Made by a program: the position numbers and the translations under genes. Source: an uncultured Oscillospiraceae bacterium (GTDB lineage Bacteria > Bacillota > Clostridia > Oscillospirales > JAAYXM01). Taken from it: 64,000 nucleotides of DNA. The notes under the pieces were generated by a model. That model did no database searches and was not told the origin of the DNA. It saw only the letters and a list, made by a program, of their open reading frames with translations. Each line of letters begins with the position of its first letter. Positions within the stretch are counted from its first letter, which is position 1. Below, in pieces: positions 26,429-36,279 of this stretch. Where the stretch lies: the NCBI GenBank assembly GCA_934446465.1, contig CAKSEF010000001.1, positions 29,278 to 93,277 of the forward strand. Direction: 5' to 3'.

Positions 26429-26695
26429 TTACACTTCTGCTCCGCACATCTCCCGCTCTCCCTCCTCACAGGCAGAGTCGAAAAAGCGAAGCGCTTGAGA
26501 CGGTATGATTGTCGAAATTGCGTGCTTATAGATGAGCTGCTGACGTGAATCGCTCATAAGCACAACCGTAAAGCAATCAAACCCTGCCACGGTGCCCTTC
26601 AGTTGAAAGCCGTTTGTCAGAAACACCGTTACGGTTACTCCCTCGCGCCTTGCCTTATTCAAAAATAGGTCTTGTAATCCTGCGGTTTTTGTCAT
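26429..26695 (-). CDS. hfq: RNA chaperone Hfq
   Basis: Sm1/Sm2 motifs [34 protein letters not shown] ... [10 protein letters not shown]. It follows miaA, as is widely conserved. Confidence 0.9.
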   Translation of the reverse strand: MTKTAGLQDLFLNKARREGVTVTVFLTNGFQLKGTVAGFDCFTVVLMSDSRQQLIYKHAISTIIPSQALRFFDSACEEGEREMCGAEV

Positions 26696-26730
26696 AAAAA
26701 ATCACTCTTTCTCTATATAATTTTTTATGA

Positions 26731-27672
26731 TTATATACCGCTTTCATGCGCAAAATTTATCGAACTTTGAATTATCTCGGAAAAATTATCCGCCTTGCTT
26801 ACATCAATCCAAAATATATTTTTATTTCTGTGAAACCACGTCATTTGGCGTTTTGCATACCGTCTCGTGGCCTGCTTTACCGCTTCTTTTGCGTCTTTCT
26901 CGCTGCCGTTTCCGCGTATATAATCGACAAGCTCCTTATAGCCGATTGCCTGCATGGCCGTCGAATCCTCGGAAACTCCGCTTTCAAGCAGTCCGCGCAC
27001 TTCCGCTTCAAGTCCGTCTTCAAACATCTTATCCACGCGGAGATTTATTCTTTCGTACAGTTCCTCCCTTTTCGAAAAACACAGTCCTATGAATACCGCA
27101 TTGAATTTATCGGGTGTTTTCCGCGTCTCGGAGTCGTGCTCGCTTATCGTTTTACCGCTTATCTTATACACTTCCAGCGCACGGATTACGCGCTTTACGT
27201 TGTTTGGGTGAATTTCTTCGGCGCGGTGAGCGTCCACCTCTTTCAGCATATTGTGGAGTCCTTCCGCACCTATGCTCTCATACAGCTTCAAGAGACTTTC
27301 TCTGTATTTCGAATCCTCCGGTGATTTTGCAAACTCTGTACCGCGGATGAGATTGTCCATGTACATACCCGTACCGCCCGCGACTATCGGAACCTTTGAC
27401 CTTGCAAGGATATCCTCGCACACTTCCGACGCCTCCGCGACATATCTGCCTACTGAGTAATTTTCCCACGGTTCGGCAATGTCAATCATGTGATGCGGGA
27501 TTCCCATGCGTTCCTCTTTCGTCGGTTTTGCCGTGCCGATATCCATGCGCTTGTATATCTGCATTGAATCTGCCGACACTACCTCACCCGAAAGCTCTTG
27601 TGCAAGCGATACTGCGAGACGTGTCTTTCCCGATGCCGTAGGCCCTGCTATGCACACAATTTTGTTCTGCAT
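26731..27672 (-). CDS. miaA: tRNA dimethylallyltransferase
   Basis: P-loop IAGPTASGKT and the MiaA core (DSMQIYKRMDIGTAKP). I place the start at MQNKIVC, 4 nt after the mutL stop. Confidence 0.9.
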   Translation of the reverse strand: MQNKIVCIAGPTASGKTRLAVSLAQELSGEVVSADSMQIYKRMDIGTAKPTKEERMGIPHHMIDIAEPWENYSVGRYVAEASEVCEDILARSKVPIVAGGTGMYMDNLIRGTEFAKSPEDSKYRESLLKLYESIGAEGLHNMLKEVDAHRAEEIHPNNVKRVIRALEVYKISGKTISEHDSETRKTPDKFNAVFIGLCFSKREELYERINLRVDKMFEDGLEAEVRGLLESGVSEDSTAMQAIGYKELVDYIRGNGSEKDAKEAVKQATRRYAKRQMTWFHRNKNIFWIDVSKADNFSEIIQSSINFAHESGI

Positions 27673-27676
27673 ACAA

Positions 27677-29593
27677 CTAAACCTGCCGTTTAAACTTTCT
27701 TTCAAGCTCATTTTTCCCAAACACCGCGATTATTGGGCGTCCGTGCGGACAATAGCGGATGCCGTCATCCTCTATAACACGGTCGAGAAGTTTTCTTAGT
27801 TCCTCCTCGCTGTTTTTCTGCCCGGCCTTTATTGCAGCCTTGCACGCAACGGAATACATAATTTCATCGAGCTTTTCCGGAGTTCTTGCCCTTTCGCCGT
27901 TTTTGAGCATCTCGCCTATTTTTTCGAGCACGCTTTCCGAGTCGTTTGCCTCAATGCCGTCAGGCACGGCAGAAACCGCCACGCTCCCGTCTCCGAAATC
28001 GCTGATTTCAAACCCGAGTTTTTCAACCTCGTCAATGTTGTCGAGAAGCGCACAGGCAATAGTCTTATCGAGGTCGATTACCTCCGGCGACAGGAGCATC
28101 TGCGTCTGCATCTTTCCGTAATTCGCCTTCAGTTTTTCAAAATTTATTCGTTCGTGTGCGGCGTGCTTATCTATCATTATTATCTCATCATTGTATTCGG
28201 CTATTATATATGTGTTCATTGCTTCGCCGATATACCGTGCCTTTTTTCTCTCCGTAATCGGGGGATTCTCGGGCGTCGGCATCGGCTTTTGAATTTCTTT
28301 TTTCGGAACAGCGGGCTCTGTTTTCTCCGTTACCTGTTCAGATGCGTGAATTTCGCATTTTGCGCTCGGGGCGAAATCTGCCGAAAACTTAAACCGCTGT
28401 TTCTTCATTTCTTCATACGAGTGCGGTATGCTGCGGGTATATTCCACGGTCTGCACACGATTTTCAGTCTTCGGGGGTGCTTCCTCCGATTTTAAAAACG
28501 GTTTTATTTCAGGTTTTCTTTCCTCTGTGAAAATCTTTTGCTGATTTTGAGTTACGTTATCTATCGGAGCCGTTTGTACCTCCTGTGTTTTAAACGTCTC
28601 ACGCGCGTCAGAATCAAGAGCAGACTTAACTCCGAAATACACTATATCGAAAACATCGCGTTCGCGGGCAAATTTTACTTCCGTCTTAGCGGGATGTACG
28701 TTTACGTCCACAAGATCCTCAGGCATGGTTATCGACAGAACACACGTAGGAAATTTTCCTTTCATGATGCGTTCTTTATAAGCCGTTTCGAGAGCTACGG
28801 CGAGCATACGCGATTTTACGGGGCGGCCGTTAATGAAGAAGAACTGCATTGAACGGTTACCGCGCGTTGCAGTCGGAACACATGCAAACCCGCAAATGCT
28901 CATTCCGTGTTCTTCTGTTTTAACTTCTTTCATATTCAACGCGAAATCGCGCCCGAAAAGCGCGTAAATACACGATTTGAGAGTTCCGTCCCCGGGAGTG
29001 TGCAGAACGTCTTTTCCGTCCTTTATCATTTTTACCGAAACTTCGGGATGCGACAATGCGGCAGACTTAACCGCGTTTTCAACCGCTCCCGCCTCTGTTG
29101 CGTCTTTTCTCAAAAACCGCATTCTGGCAGGTGTATTATAAAACAGTTCCCGAACTATTATTGTTGTTCCGTCGGGACATCCCGATTCGCTCTCACGGAT
29201 TATTTGCCCCGCCTCTACTCTGAGCGCCGTTCCTATCTCGCCGCCGCGCGGTTTTGTTATAAGGTCTATTTTTGATACGGAGGAAATAGCCGCAAGCGCC
29301 TCGCCTCGGAATCCGAGTGTTTTGATTCCCACAAGGTCTCCGGCGTTTGAAATCTTGCTTGTTGCATGGCGGAGAAAAGCCGTTTTTGCATCGTCATTCT
29401 CCATACCGCAGCCGTCGTCCGTTACGCGCAGATATGTAATACCGCCGTTCTGGATTTCCACTGTTACGGATGATGCGCCCGCATCTATTGCATTTTCAAC
29501 AAGTTCCTTTGCGGCTGATGCGGGATTTTCCACAACTTCACCCGCCGCAATCATGTTTGCGACTTGTTTATCAAGCACATTTATTCGGCCCAT
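27677..29593 (-). CDS. mutL: DNA mismatch repair protein MutL
   Basis: GHKL ATPase N-terminus (VANMIAAGEVVENPASAAKELVENAIDAG) and a C-terminal dimerisation/endonuclease region. Confidence 0.95.
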   Translation of the reverse strand: MGRINVLDKQVANMIAAGEVVENPASAAKELVENAIDAGASSVTVEIQNGGITYLRVTDDGCGMENDDAKTAFLRHATSKISNAGDLVGIKTLGFRGEALAAISSVSKIDLITKPRGGEIGTALRVEAGQIIRESESGCPDGTTIIVRELFYNTPARMRFLRKDATEAGAVENAVKSAALSHPEVSVKMIKDGKDVLHTPGDGTLKSCIYALFGRDFALNMKEVKTEEHGMSICGFACVPTATRGNRSMQFFFINGRPVKSRMLAVALETAYKERIMKGKFPTCVLSITMPEDLVDVNVHPAKTEVKFARERDVFDIVYFGVKSALDSDARETFKTQEVQTAPIDNVTQNQQKIFTEERKPEIKPFLKSEEAPPKTENRVQTVEYTRSIPHSYEEMKKQRFKFSADFAPSAKCEIHASEQVTEKTEPAVPKKEIQKPMPTPENPPITERKKARYIGEAMNTYIIAEYNDEIIMIDKHAAHERINFEKLKANYGKMQTQMLLSPEVIDLDKTIACALLDNIDEVEKLGFEISDFGDGSVAVSAVPDGIEANDSESVLEKIGEMLKNGERARTPEKLDEIMYSVACKAAIKAGQKNSEEELRKLLDRVIEDDGIRYCPHGRPIIAVFGKNELERKFKRQV

Positions 29594-29609
29594 TTTTCTC
29601 CTCCTTTAA

Positions 29610-32207
29610 TTATTCCGCTTCACGCGCACGCTTTGTATACTCAAACAAAATCGAGATTGCCTCAAGCGGAGACAGTGTATTAACATCCATATGCGCAAGC
29701 TCGGTAAGTATCTTGTCCCCCTCAGCGGAACGCCCGCGTTCCGCCGGAATATTAAACTCTGCGCTCGGAATCTTCTTTCCGTCCTCCAAACTTTCAAGAA
29801 TTTCGTGTGCGCGCAGTGTGATGCTGTCGGGTATTCCTGCGAGCCGCGCAACCTCTATTCCGTAGCTGTCATCCGCGCCGCCTCGCACTATCTTTCTCAG
29901 GAACGTTATGTCATATCCGTGCTTTCTTACGGCTATATTGTAATTTTTCACGCCCGGGAGCTTATTTTCAAGCTCTGTTAATTCGTGATAGTGAGTTGCA
30001 AACAACGTCTTTGCTCCTATACATTCCTTGTCAGAAATATATTCTATTACCGCTCGTGCAATGGACATTCCGTCAAAGGTTGACGTTCCTCGTCCTATCT
30101 CATCAAGGATAATAAGGCTTTTTCTTGTTGCATTTTTAATAATCTCGGCGACCTCGTTCATTTCAACCATAAATGTTGACTGACCCGATGTGAGGTCGTC
30201 TGACGCACCGATTCTTGTGAAAATCCTGTCTACTACCCCTATTTCCGCGGACTTTGCAGGCACAAAACATCCCGCCTGCGCCATAAGTGTTATCAGCGCT
30301 ACCTGCCGCATGAAGGTGGATTTTCCCGCCATATTCGGTCCCGTGATTATTGCCATTCTGTTTTCATTACAGTCGAGAAGTGCATCATTCGGGACAAACA
30401 TCACGTCATTTGACATTCTTTCAACGACCGGGTGGCGTCCGTCCTTTATTAAAATTTTGTCGCCCTTATTCACCTTCGGCTTTACATACCCGTAACGTGC
30501 CGAGACTGACGCAAAATTAACTATTACGTCAAGCTTTGCGATGCTCGCCGAAGTCCTTTGGATTCTTTCCGTTGCCTCACAGATTTTGGCACATACATCC
30601 TTGAATATCTCACCCTCAAGCCCGCAGAGCTTGTCCTGCGCGCCGAGTATTGAGCTTTCAAGGTCTTTCAATTCGCTTGTAATATATCTTTCGCCTGTTG
30701 TAAGCGTTTGTTTTCTTATGTATCGTTCGGGAACTTCCGAGATGTTCGACTTCGAAACCTCGATATAATAACCGAACACGCGGTTATATCCGACTTTTAA
30801 GTTCTTAATCCCCGTAATTTCTTTTTCTTTTGCAGCCATATCGGCAAGATATTTTTTGCCGTTCTTCATTATGTCGCGGAGTTCGTCGACCTCTGCGCTG
30901 AAGCCGTCGCGCACCATTCCTCCTTCGCGTATCGAAAACGGCGGTTCCTCGGTGATGGTCTCATCTATCATTTGATACATATCCGACATTTCATCGAGGT
31001 TTTCGTATATATCTCTCAGATATTCCGCGGAGAACTCCGAAAGCTTTTCTTTAATCGGCGGAAGTGCTCCGAAGGTTGCCGCCATCGCGCGCAGATCGCG
31101 CCCGTTTGCCGCGCCGTATACGACACGCCCCAAAAGCCGTTCTATATCTTTTACTCCGCGAAGCGATTCGGAAAGCTCCTCACGCGATATTGACTCATGA
31201 AACAGCTCGTCCACCGCGTCAAGACGGCGGTTGATTTCAGTTATGTCGGTCAGCGGCTTTTCAAGCCAGCCTCGCAGAAGCCTCCCGCCCATGGAGGTTT
31301 TTGTTTTGTCTACCGCCCAAAGCAGAGAACCGCGTTTTTCCTTTGTGCGCATAGTTTCGCATATTTCAAGATTTCGCTTTGCCGAAGCGTCAAGCGTCAT
31401 ATATTGATCTTGCTCATAAAATTCTATTTTTGTTATATGTGAAATGTTTGTTTTTTGCGTTTCATAGAGGTAGGAAAAGAGTCCTCCCGCCGCGAGCAGC
31501 GCCGCGCCGTTTTCTGAAAATCCGAGCTCGGAAACTTCGTCCTGTGCAAAGTGGTTCAATACGGCGGTCTTTGCATTTTCACGCCCGAAGCTTTCTTCCC
31601 CGCGCACCTCAACGCTCATATTAAGCGTTAAGCGCAGAAAATTTGTTCTGTCCGAATCCTTTGCAAACTCCTCATTCACAACGGCCTCGGACGGGGAAAA
31701 CTTTGTAAGTTCACTGCATATTTTTTCAAACAGTCCTGCTCCGTGAAGCTCACAGCAGCTTGCCTCGCCCGTTGATATATCGGCAAAGCAGACAGCCGCC
31801 GAATCGTTTCCGAGGTATATTCCGCAGATGTAATTGTTTTTCGTCTCATCAAGCATTGTGTTCTCGATGACAGTTCCCGGAGTTACTACGCGTACTACCT
31901 TCCGCTCTACGATTTTTTTGCCGTTTCCGGGGTCCTCGGTCTGCTCGCATATTGCGACCTTATATCCCTTTGCAATAAGGCGGGCAATATAGCTCTCGCT
32001 CGAATGATACGGAACCCCGCACATCGGCGCGCGTTCTTCAAGACCGCAGTTCTTCCCTGTCAGTGTAAGATCGAGTTCCTCAGACGCAGTTTTTGCATCA
32101 TCGTAGAACATTTCATAAAAGTCGCCGAGACGGAAAAACAATATGCTGTCCTTATTCTGTTCTTTAATTTTCAAATACTGCGACATCATCGGAGAATACT
32201 GAACCAT
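29610..32207 (-). CDS. mutS: DNA mismatch repair protein MutS
   Basis: 865 aa with a mismatch-binding N-terminus (TPMMSQYLKIKEQ, GDFYEMF), Walker A GPNMAGKST and DEIGRGTSTFDG. Confidence 0.95.
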   Translation of the reverse strand: MVQYSPMMSQYLKIKEQNKDSILFFRLGDFYEMFYDDAKTASEELDLTLTGKNCGLEERAPMCGVPYHSSESYIARLIAKGYKVAICEQTEDPGNGKKIVERKVVRVVTPGTVIENTMLDETKNNYICGIYLGNDSAAVCFADISTGEASCCELHGAGLFEKICSELTKFSPSEAVVNEEFAKDSDRTNFLRLTLNMSVEVRGEESFGRENAKTAVLNHFAQDEVSELGFSENGAALLAAGGLFSYLYETQKTNISHITKIEFYEQDQYMTLDASAKRNLEICETMRTKEKRGSLLWAVDKTKTSMGGRLLRGWLEKPLTDITEINRRLDAVDELFHESISREELSESLRGVKDIERLLGRVVYGAANGRDLRAMAATFGALPPIKEKLSEFSAEYLRDIYENLDEMSDMYQMIDETITEEPPFSIREGGMVRDGFSAEVDELRDIMKNGKKYLADMAAKEKEITGIKNLKVGYNRVFGYYIEVSKSNISEVPERYIRKQTLTTGERYITSELKDLESSILGAQDKLCGLEGEIFKDVCAKICEATERIQRTSASIAKLDVIVNFASVSARYGYVKPKVNKGDKILIKDGRHPVVERMSNDVMFVPNDALLDCNENRMAIITGPNMAGKSTFMRQVALITLMAQAGCFVPAKSAEIGVVDRIFTRIGASDDLTSGQSTFMVEMNEVAEIIKNATRKSLIILDEIGRGTSTFDGMSIARAVIEYISDKECIGAKTLFATHYHELTELENKLPGVKNYNIAVRKHGYDITFLRKIVRGGADDSYGIEVARLAGIPDSITLRAHEILESLEDGKKIPSAEFNIPAERGRSAEGDKILTELAHMDVNTLSPLEAISILFEYTKRAREAE

Positions 32208-32219
32208 TGAAAAAACCTC

Positions 32220-33635
32220 TTACTCTTCTAATTCACCGTACATTCCCCATTTTGAGGAATCCGTTATAATTGCGTGGGCAAAGCTCCCGACAAGACCTGC
32301 ATCGCCTTTAACATATACGGGTCTGTTCCCTTCTGTCCGAGCAAGCAGGTTGCACCCTTTCTGCTCCTCCTGAATGCTTTCCACCAAAACCTTAACCGAT
32401 GTACCGAGGATTTTACGGCTTCGCTCCTCCGTAATTTTGTCCTGAAGCTCAAAAAGTCTCGCAAAGCGTTCCGTTTTTTCCTTGCGCGGGGTCTTATCCT
32501 CCATTTCGGCGGCAGGTGTTCCGCTCCTTTTCGAGTAAATGAACACAAAGAGCCCGTCGAACCCGATATCGGAAATCAGTCGGAGTGTCTCCGAAAAATC
32601 TTCCTCTGTCTCCCCGGGAAAGCCGACTATAACGTCGCTCGTTACCGATATATCCGGCATTTTGCTTCTTGCATATTCCACAAGGCGTCTGTAATCTGTG
32701 CTGTCGTAGCGCCTGTTCATAAGCTTTAATATCCTGTCGCTCCCTGATTGAAACGGCAAGTGAATATGGTTTACAACCTTTTCACACTTCGCCATAGTAT
32801 CGAACAAGCGGGGAGTTGCATCCTTGGGGTGGCTCGTCATGAAGCGTATCCAAAAATCGCCCGGGATATCGTTTATCATCTCGAGGAGCCGCGAAAAATC
32901 GACATCGCAATCGAGGTCGTGTCCGTATGAGTTTACATTCTGTCCCAAGAGCGTTATATCACGGCATCCGTTTGAAACGAGTTCTATTATCTCATTTATT
33001 ATATTTTCGGGAGTTCTTGAGCGTTCACGTCCTCTGACGTACGGAACTATGCAATATGTACAGAAATTGTTGCATCCGTACATAATTGACACCCATGCTT
33101 TCGTGTTATCCTTACGCAGTACGGGAAGCCCCTCAATGATGCGCCCGTCAGATTCTTCCGTATCAAACACGCGCTTTTTCTCTGTTATAACGCGGTAAAG
33201 AAGTTCAGGGAAACGGTAGAGCGCGTGGACTCCGAACACCATATCCACATGGCGGTAGCTGTTTTTTATTTTTTCTTTCATTTTTTCCTGCTGAACCATG
33301 CAGCCGCACACGGCAATTATACAGTCGTGCTTGCGTTTTACATGGACAAGCGCGCCGACGTTTCCGAGAACGCGCTGTTCTGCGTGTTCGCGTACGGCGC
33401 AGGAGTTAACTATTATAACATCCGCTTCTTCTTCATTTTCCGTCTGTTCATAACCCATTTCGCGGAGAACTCCGCGGAGGGTCTCACTGTCAGCCTCGTT
33501 TTGCTGACAGCCGTATGTATCGACAAACGCTTTCAATTCTTTTCCGCTGTTGATGTCCGCCACGGCGTGGATAAATTTCTGCTGGCGGAAAAGCTCTTCC
33601 TGTGGTATTTCTTTTACTCTCATATCAATAATCAC
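32220..33635 (-). CDS. miaB: tRNA-2-methylthio-N6-dimethylallyladenosine synthase
   Basis: UPF0004 N-domain (TYGCQQNEADSE), radical-SAM motif CNNFCTYCIVP and a C-terminal TRAM domain. The start is either GTG 33635 or ATG 33623. Confidence 0.9.
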   Translation of the reverse strand: MIIDMRVKEIPQEELFRQQKFIHAVADINSGKELKAFVDTYGCQQNEADSETLRGVLREMGYEQTENEEEADVIIVNSCAVREHAEQRVLGNVGALVHVKRKHDCIIAVCGCMVQQEKMKEKIKNSYRHVDMVFGVHALYRFPELLYRVITEKKRVFDTEESDGRIIEGLPVLRKDNTKAWVSIMYGCNNFCTYCIVPYVRGRERSRTPENIINEIIELVSNGCRDITLLGQNVNSYGHDLDCDVDFSRLLEMINDIPGDFWIRFMTSHPKDATPRLFDTMAKCEKVVNHIHLPFQSGSDRILKLMNRRYDSTDYRRLVEYARSKMPDISVTSDVIVGFPGETEEDFSETLRLISDIGFDGLFVFIYSKRSGTPAAEMEDKTPRKEKTERFARLFELQDKITEERSRKILGTSVKVLVESIQEEQKGCNLLARTEGNRPVYVKGDAGLVGSFAHAIITDSSKWGMYGELEE

Positions 33636-34443
33636 TCATAAGCGCGGCACCCGTCGCCGTTGCATACTCCGAATGTTCGGGTGTTATGAATTTCACTCCG
33701 TAGAGTGCCGCTACATTCTCAAAGATTTTTTTTGCCTGCGGGACGTTCGTGAGGTTTCCCGTCAGGACTATATTATCGGTTTTTTCGTTCTTTGCCGAAA
33801 ATACCGCCATTACGCCTATTGTCTGGAACACCATATTTATTATTCCGAGCGCAAGGTCGTCGTTCGACGCAAGGTCCCGTATTTTTCCGAAATTTGACGC
33901 AGTTGTGGTTGACGTCATGTTCTCAATATCGGCACGGCTGATATCCCCGATATGAAGGTCGACGTTTTCAAGGTCGCCCTCCTTTGCCATCTCAACTATA
34001 TCATTGAAATCGCGGACGTTGAACATACGGCTTGCAAGCCCGAGGAGCGTGCCTCCGCCTATTCCCGTTCCCCCAATATGGAAGACGCCTTTACCGCTTG
34101 CCGAGACAAATGCCGTTCCCGTTCCCATGCTGACAACGACAGCGGAGTCGAGTTCGCTTAAAAACAGTCCGCCTCTGCCGACAGCCTGAAACTCGTCTAT
34201 TCGCCTCATTTTAACTCCGAAGATATCGTTACCGCAGTCATGCGAACCTACACCCGTAATCATGACGCTTTCTACATCGGCAAGAGAGAGTCCGTTTTCC
34301 GACATGAACTTTCCGAACGCTCCGTAAAGCGAAGCGCGTGGGTCGCTCGATTTGACAATCAGCGGTGAAAAGATTTTTCCGTCTCTGTAACCGATTATCT
34401 TCGTCGTGCTCCCGCCTATATCTATTCCGAGTACACTCTTCAT
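33625..34443 (-). CDS. coaW: Type II pantothenate kinase (CoaW-like, ASKHA fold)
   Basis: 272 aa with motifs GIDIGGSTTKI, SMGTGTAF, GGTGIGGGTLLGL and TASNFG, which parallel staphylococcal type II PanK. A BadF/BcrA-type ATPase is the alternative. Confidence 0.65.
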   Translation of the reverse strand: MKSVLGIDIGGSTTKIIGYRDGKIFSPLIVKSSDPRASLYGAFGKFMSENGLSLADVESVMITGVGSHDCGNDIFGVKMRRIDEFQAVGRGGLFLSELDSAVVVSMGTGTAFVSASGKGVFHIGGTGIGGGTLLGLASRMFNVRDFNDIVEMAKEGDLENVDLHIGDISRADIENMTSTTTASNFGKIRDLASNDDLALGIINMVFQTIGVMAVFSAKNEKTDNIVLTGNLTNVPQAKKIFENVAALYGVKFITPEHSEYATATGAALMSDY

Positions 34444-34458
34444 TGTTTTCCTCCAAGC

Positions 34459-36135
34459 TTAGAACAAACCGCTTATATTGCCCTCGTCATCTATGTCAAT
34501 ATTCTCGGCGGCAGGTTTCTTCGGAAGCCCGGGCATCGTCATAATATCTCCCGCGAGGGCGACTACAAAGCCTGCTCCCATGGACACACGCGCATCGCGT
34601 ATGGTAACGCGGAATCCTTTCGGCCTTCCGAGAAGCGCGGGATTATCCGAAAGCGAATACTGCGTTTTTGCTATGCACACGGGCATATTGCCGCAGCCGA
34701 GTTCTGTGAACTTGTCAAGTTTTTTCTTTGCATCGGCCGTAAAATCAACGCCGTCCGCACCGTAAATCTCGCGCGCAACCGTCTCTATCTTCTCGGTTAG
34801 CGGCATATCGTCGGGGTACAGCACCTTAAACTGCGCCTTTCCGGAATCTGCCGCGGCGATGACCTTTTTTGCAAGCTCAATACCGCCGGCTCCGCCCTTG
34901 GCGAACACCTCGGAAAGCGCAAATTCTGCGCCGAGCTCGCGGCAGGCATCGGAAATCACGGACAGCTCATCATCTGTGTCCGACTCAAACTTATTTATTG
35001 CAACAACTATCGGAACGCCGTATTTTTTGACGTTTTCAATATGTGCCTTAAGGTTTTCCGTTCCGAGTTTAACTGCGCCGACATTTTCAGCACCGAGCTC
35101 AGCTTTGGGAACACCGCCGTTGTATTTAAGTGCGCGCACCGTTGCCACAATAACCGCGCAGTCAGGCGAAAGTCCCGCTTTACGGCATTTGATGTCAAAA
35201 AACTTCTCCGCGCCGAGGTCTGCCCCGAATCCTGCCTCCGTAATCGCATAATCGGAGAGCTTAAGTGCAAGCTTTGTCGCTCTTACGGAGTTGCATCCGT
35301 GAGCTATATTTGCAAACGGCCCTCCGTGCATTACACATGGGGTTCCCTCTATCGTCTGGACGAGGTTCGGGAGTGCGGCCTCCTTAAACAGCGCCGCCAT
35401 AGCGCCCTGTGCGTTTATCTGGCGCGCATATACGGGAGCTCCGTCATATGTGTAGCCTATGAGGATGTTTCCGAATCGTTCTTTTAAATCCGAAATACTT
35501 TTTGATAGACAGAGTATTGCCATGATTTCGCTTGCCACGCTTATCATAAAACCGTCCTCGCGCACCACTCCGTTTTTGGACGGGCCGAGCCCCACGACAA
35601 TATTTCTGAGTACTCTGTCGTTCATATCGAGAACTCTTTTAATTTCCACGGATTTCGGGTCTATTCCGAGCACATTTCCCTGCTTAATATGGTTATCGCA
35701 GAGTGCCGCAAGCAGGTTATTTGCAGTGGTAACCGCATGGATATCCCCCGTAAAATGGAGGTTTATATCCTCCATCGGGAGAACCTGCGACCAGCCGCCG
35801 CCGGCAGCACCGCCCTTTATTCCGAACACCGGGCCGAGAGACGGCTCACGCAGGGCTATGACGCTCTTCTTTCCGAGCTTCCACATTGCCTGACCGAGAC
35901 CGACTGTCATTGTTGTCTTTCCCTCACCTGCCGGTGTGGGATTTACTGCCGTTACAAGAACGAGTTTTCCGTTCTTATTTTCAGACACGCGCTTTTCAAG
36001 CTCATGCGTAACTTTAGCCTTATATCTTCCGTAAGGAATGAGTTCTTTCTCCAAAATACCTATATCGGCGGCAACGTCCTGTATTTTCCGCATTTTTACG
36101 CTCTGAGCTATTTCACAATCAGTAAGCATTTTCAT
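34459..36135 (-). CDS. fhs: Formate--tetrahydrofolate ligase
   Basis: 558 aa with [10 protein letters not shown] and full-length similarity to Fhs as I recall it. Confidence 0.95.
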   Translation of the reverse strand: MKMLTDCEIAQSVKMRKIQDVAADIGILEKELIPYGRYKAKVTHELEKRVSENKNGKLVLVTAVNPTPAGEGKTTMTVGLGQAMWKLGKKSVIALREPSLGPVFGIKGGAAGGGWSQVLPMEDINLHFTGDIHAVTTANNLLAALCDNHIKQGNVLGIDPKSVEIKRVLDMNDRVLRNIVVGLGPSKNGVVREDGFMISVASEIMAILCLSKSISDLKERFGNILIGYTYDGAPVYARQINAQGAMAALFKEAALPNLVQTIEGTPCVMHGGPFANIAHGCNSVRATKLALKLSDYAITEAGFGADLGAEKFFDIKCRKAGLSPDCAVIVATVRALKYNGGVPKAELGAENVGAVKLGTENLKAHIENVKKYGVPIVVAINKFESDTDDELSVISDACRELGAEFALSEVFAKGGAGGIELAKKVIAAADSGKAQFKVLYPDDMPLTEKIETVAREIYGADGVDFTADAKKKLDKFTELGCGNMPVCIAKTQYSLSDNPALLGRPKGFRVTIRDARVSMGAGFVVALAGDIMTMPGLPKKPAAENIDIDDEGNISGLF

Positions 36136-36229
36136 TCCTCCGCAAGCATTTTTAAAAAAGCATTTTATTTAATAGTATATCATATTATTCGGCGAAATTA
36201 AACATTTTTTTCAAAAAATGATATTTTGT

Positions 36230-36266
36230 GAAAAAAGTTCCCCACGGGACTTATCCCGCGGGGAAC
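36230..36266 (-). terminator. Rho-independent terminator after PEP carboxykinase
   Basis: On the minus strand: gttccccgcggga-taag-tcccgtggggaac followed by TTTTTTC. Confidence 0.85.
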
Positions 36267-36279
36267 ACAAGCAAACAAA

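Noticed and set aside
36136-36236. Looked for a ZTP (pfl) riboswitch upstream of fhs and a yybP-ykoY riboswitch upstream of mntP (2105..2155)
   Set aside because: The fhs leader is AT-rich with none of the conserved GGGUCGUGA / CCGCCUGGGC-type elements. The mntP leader is far too short. Neither riboswitch is present.
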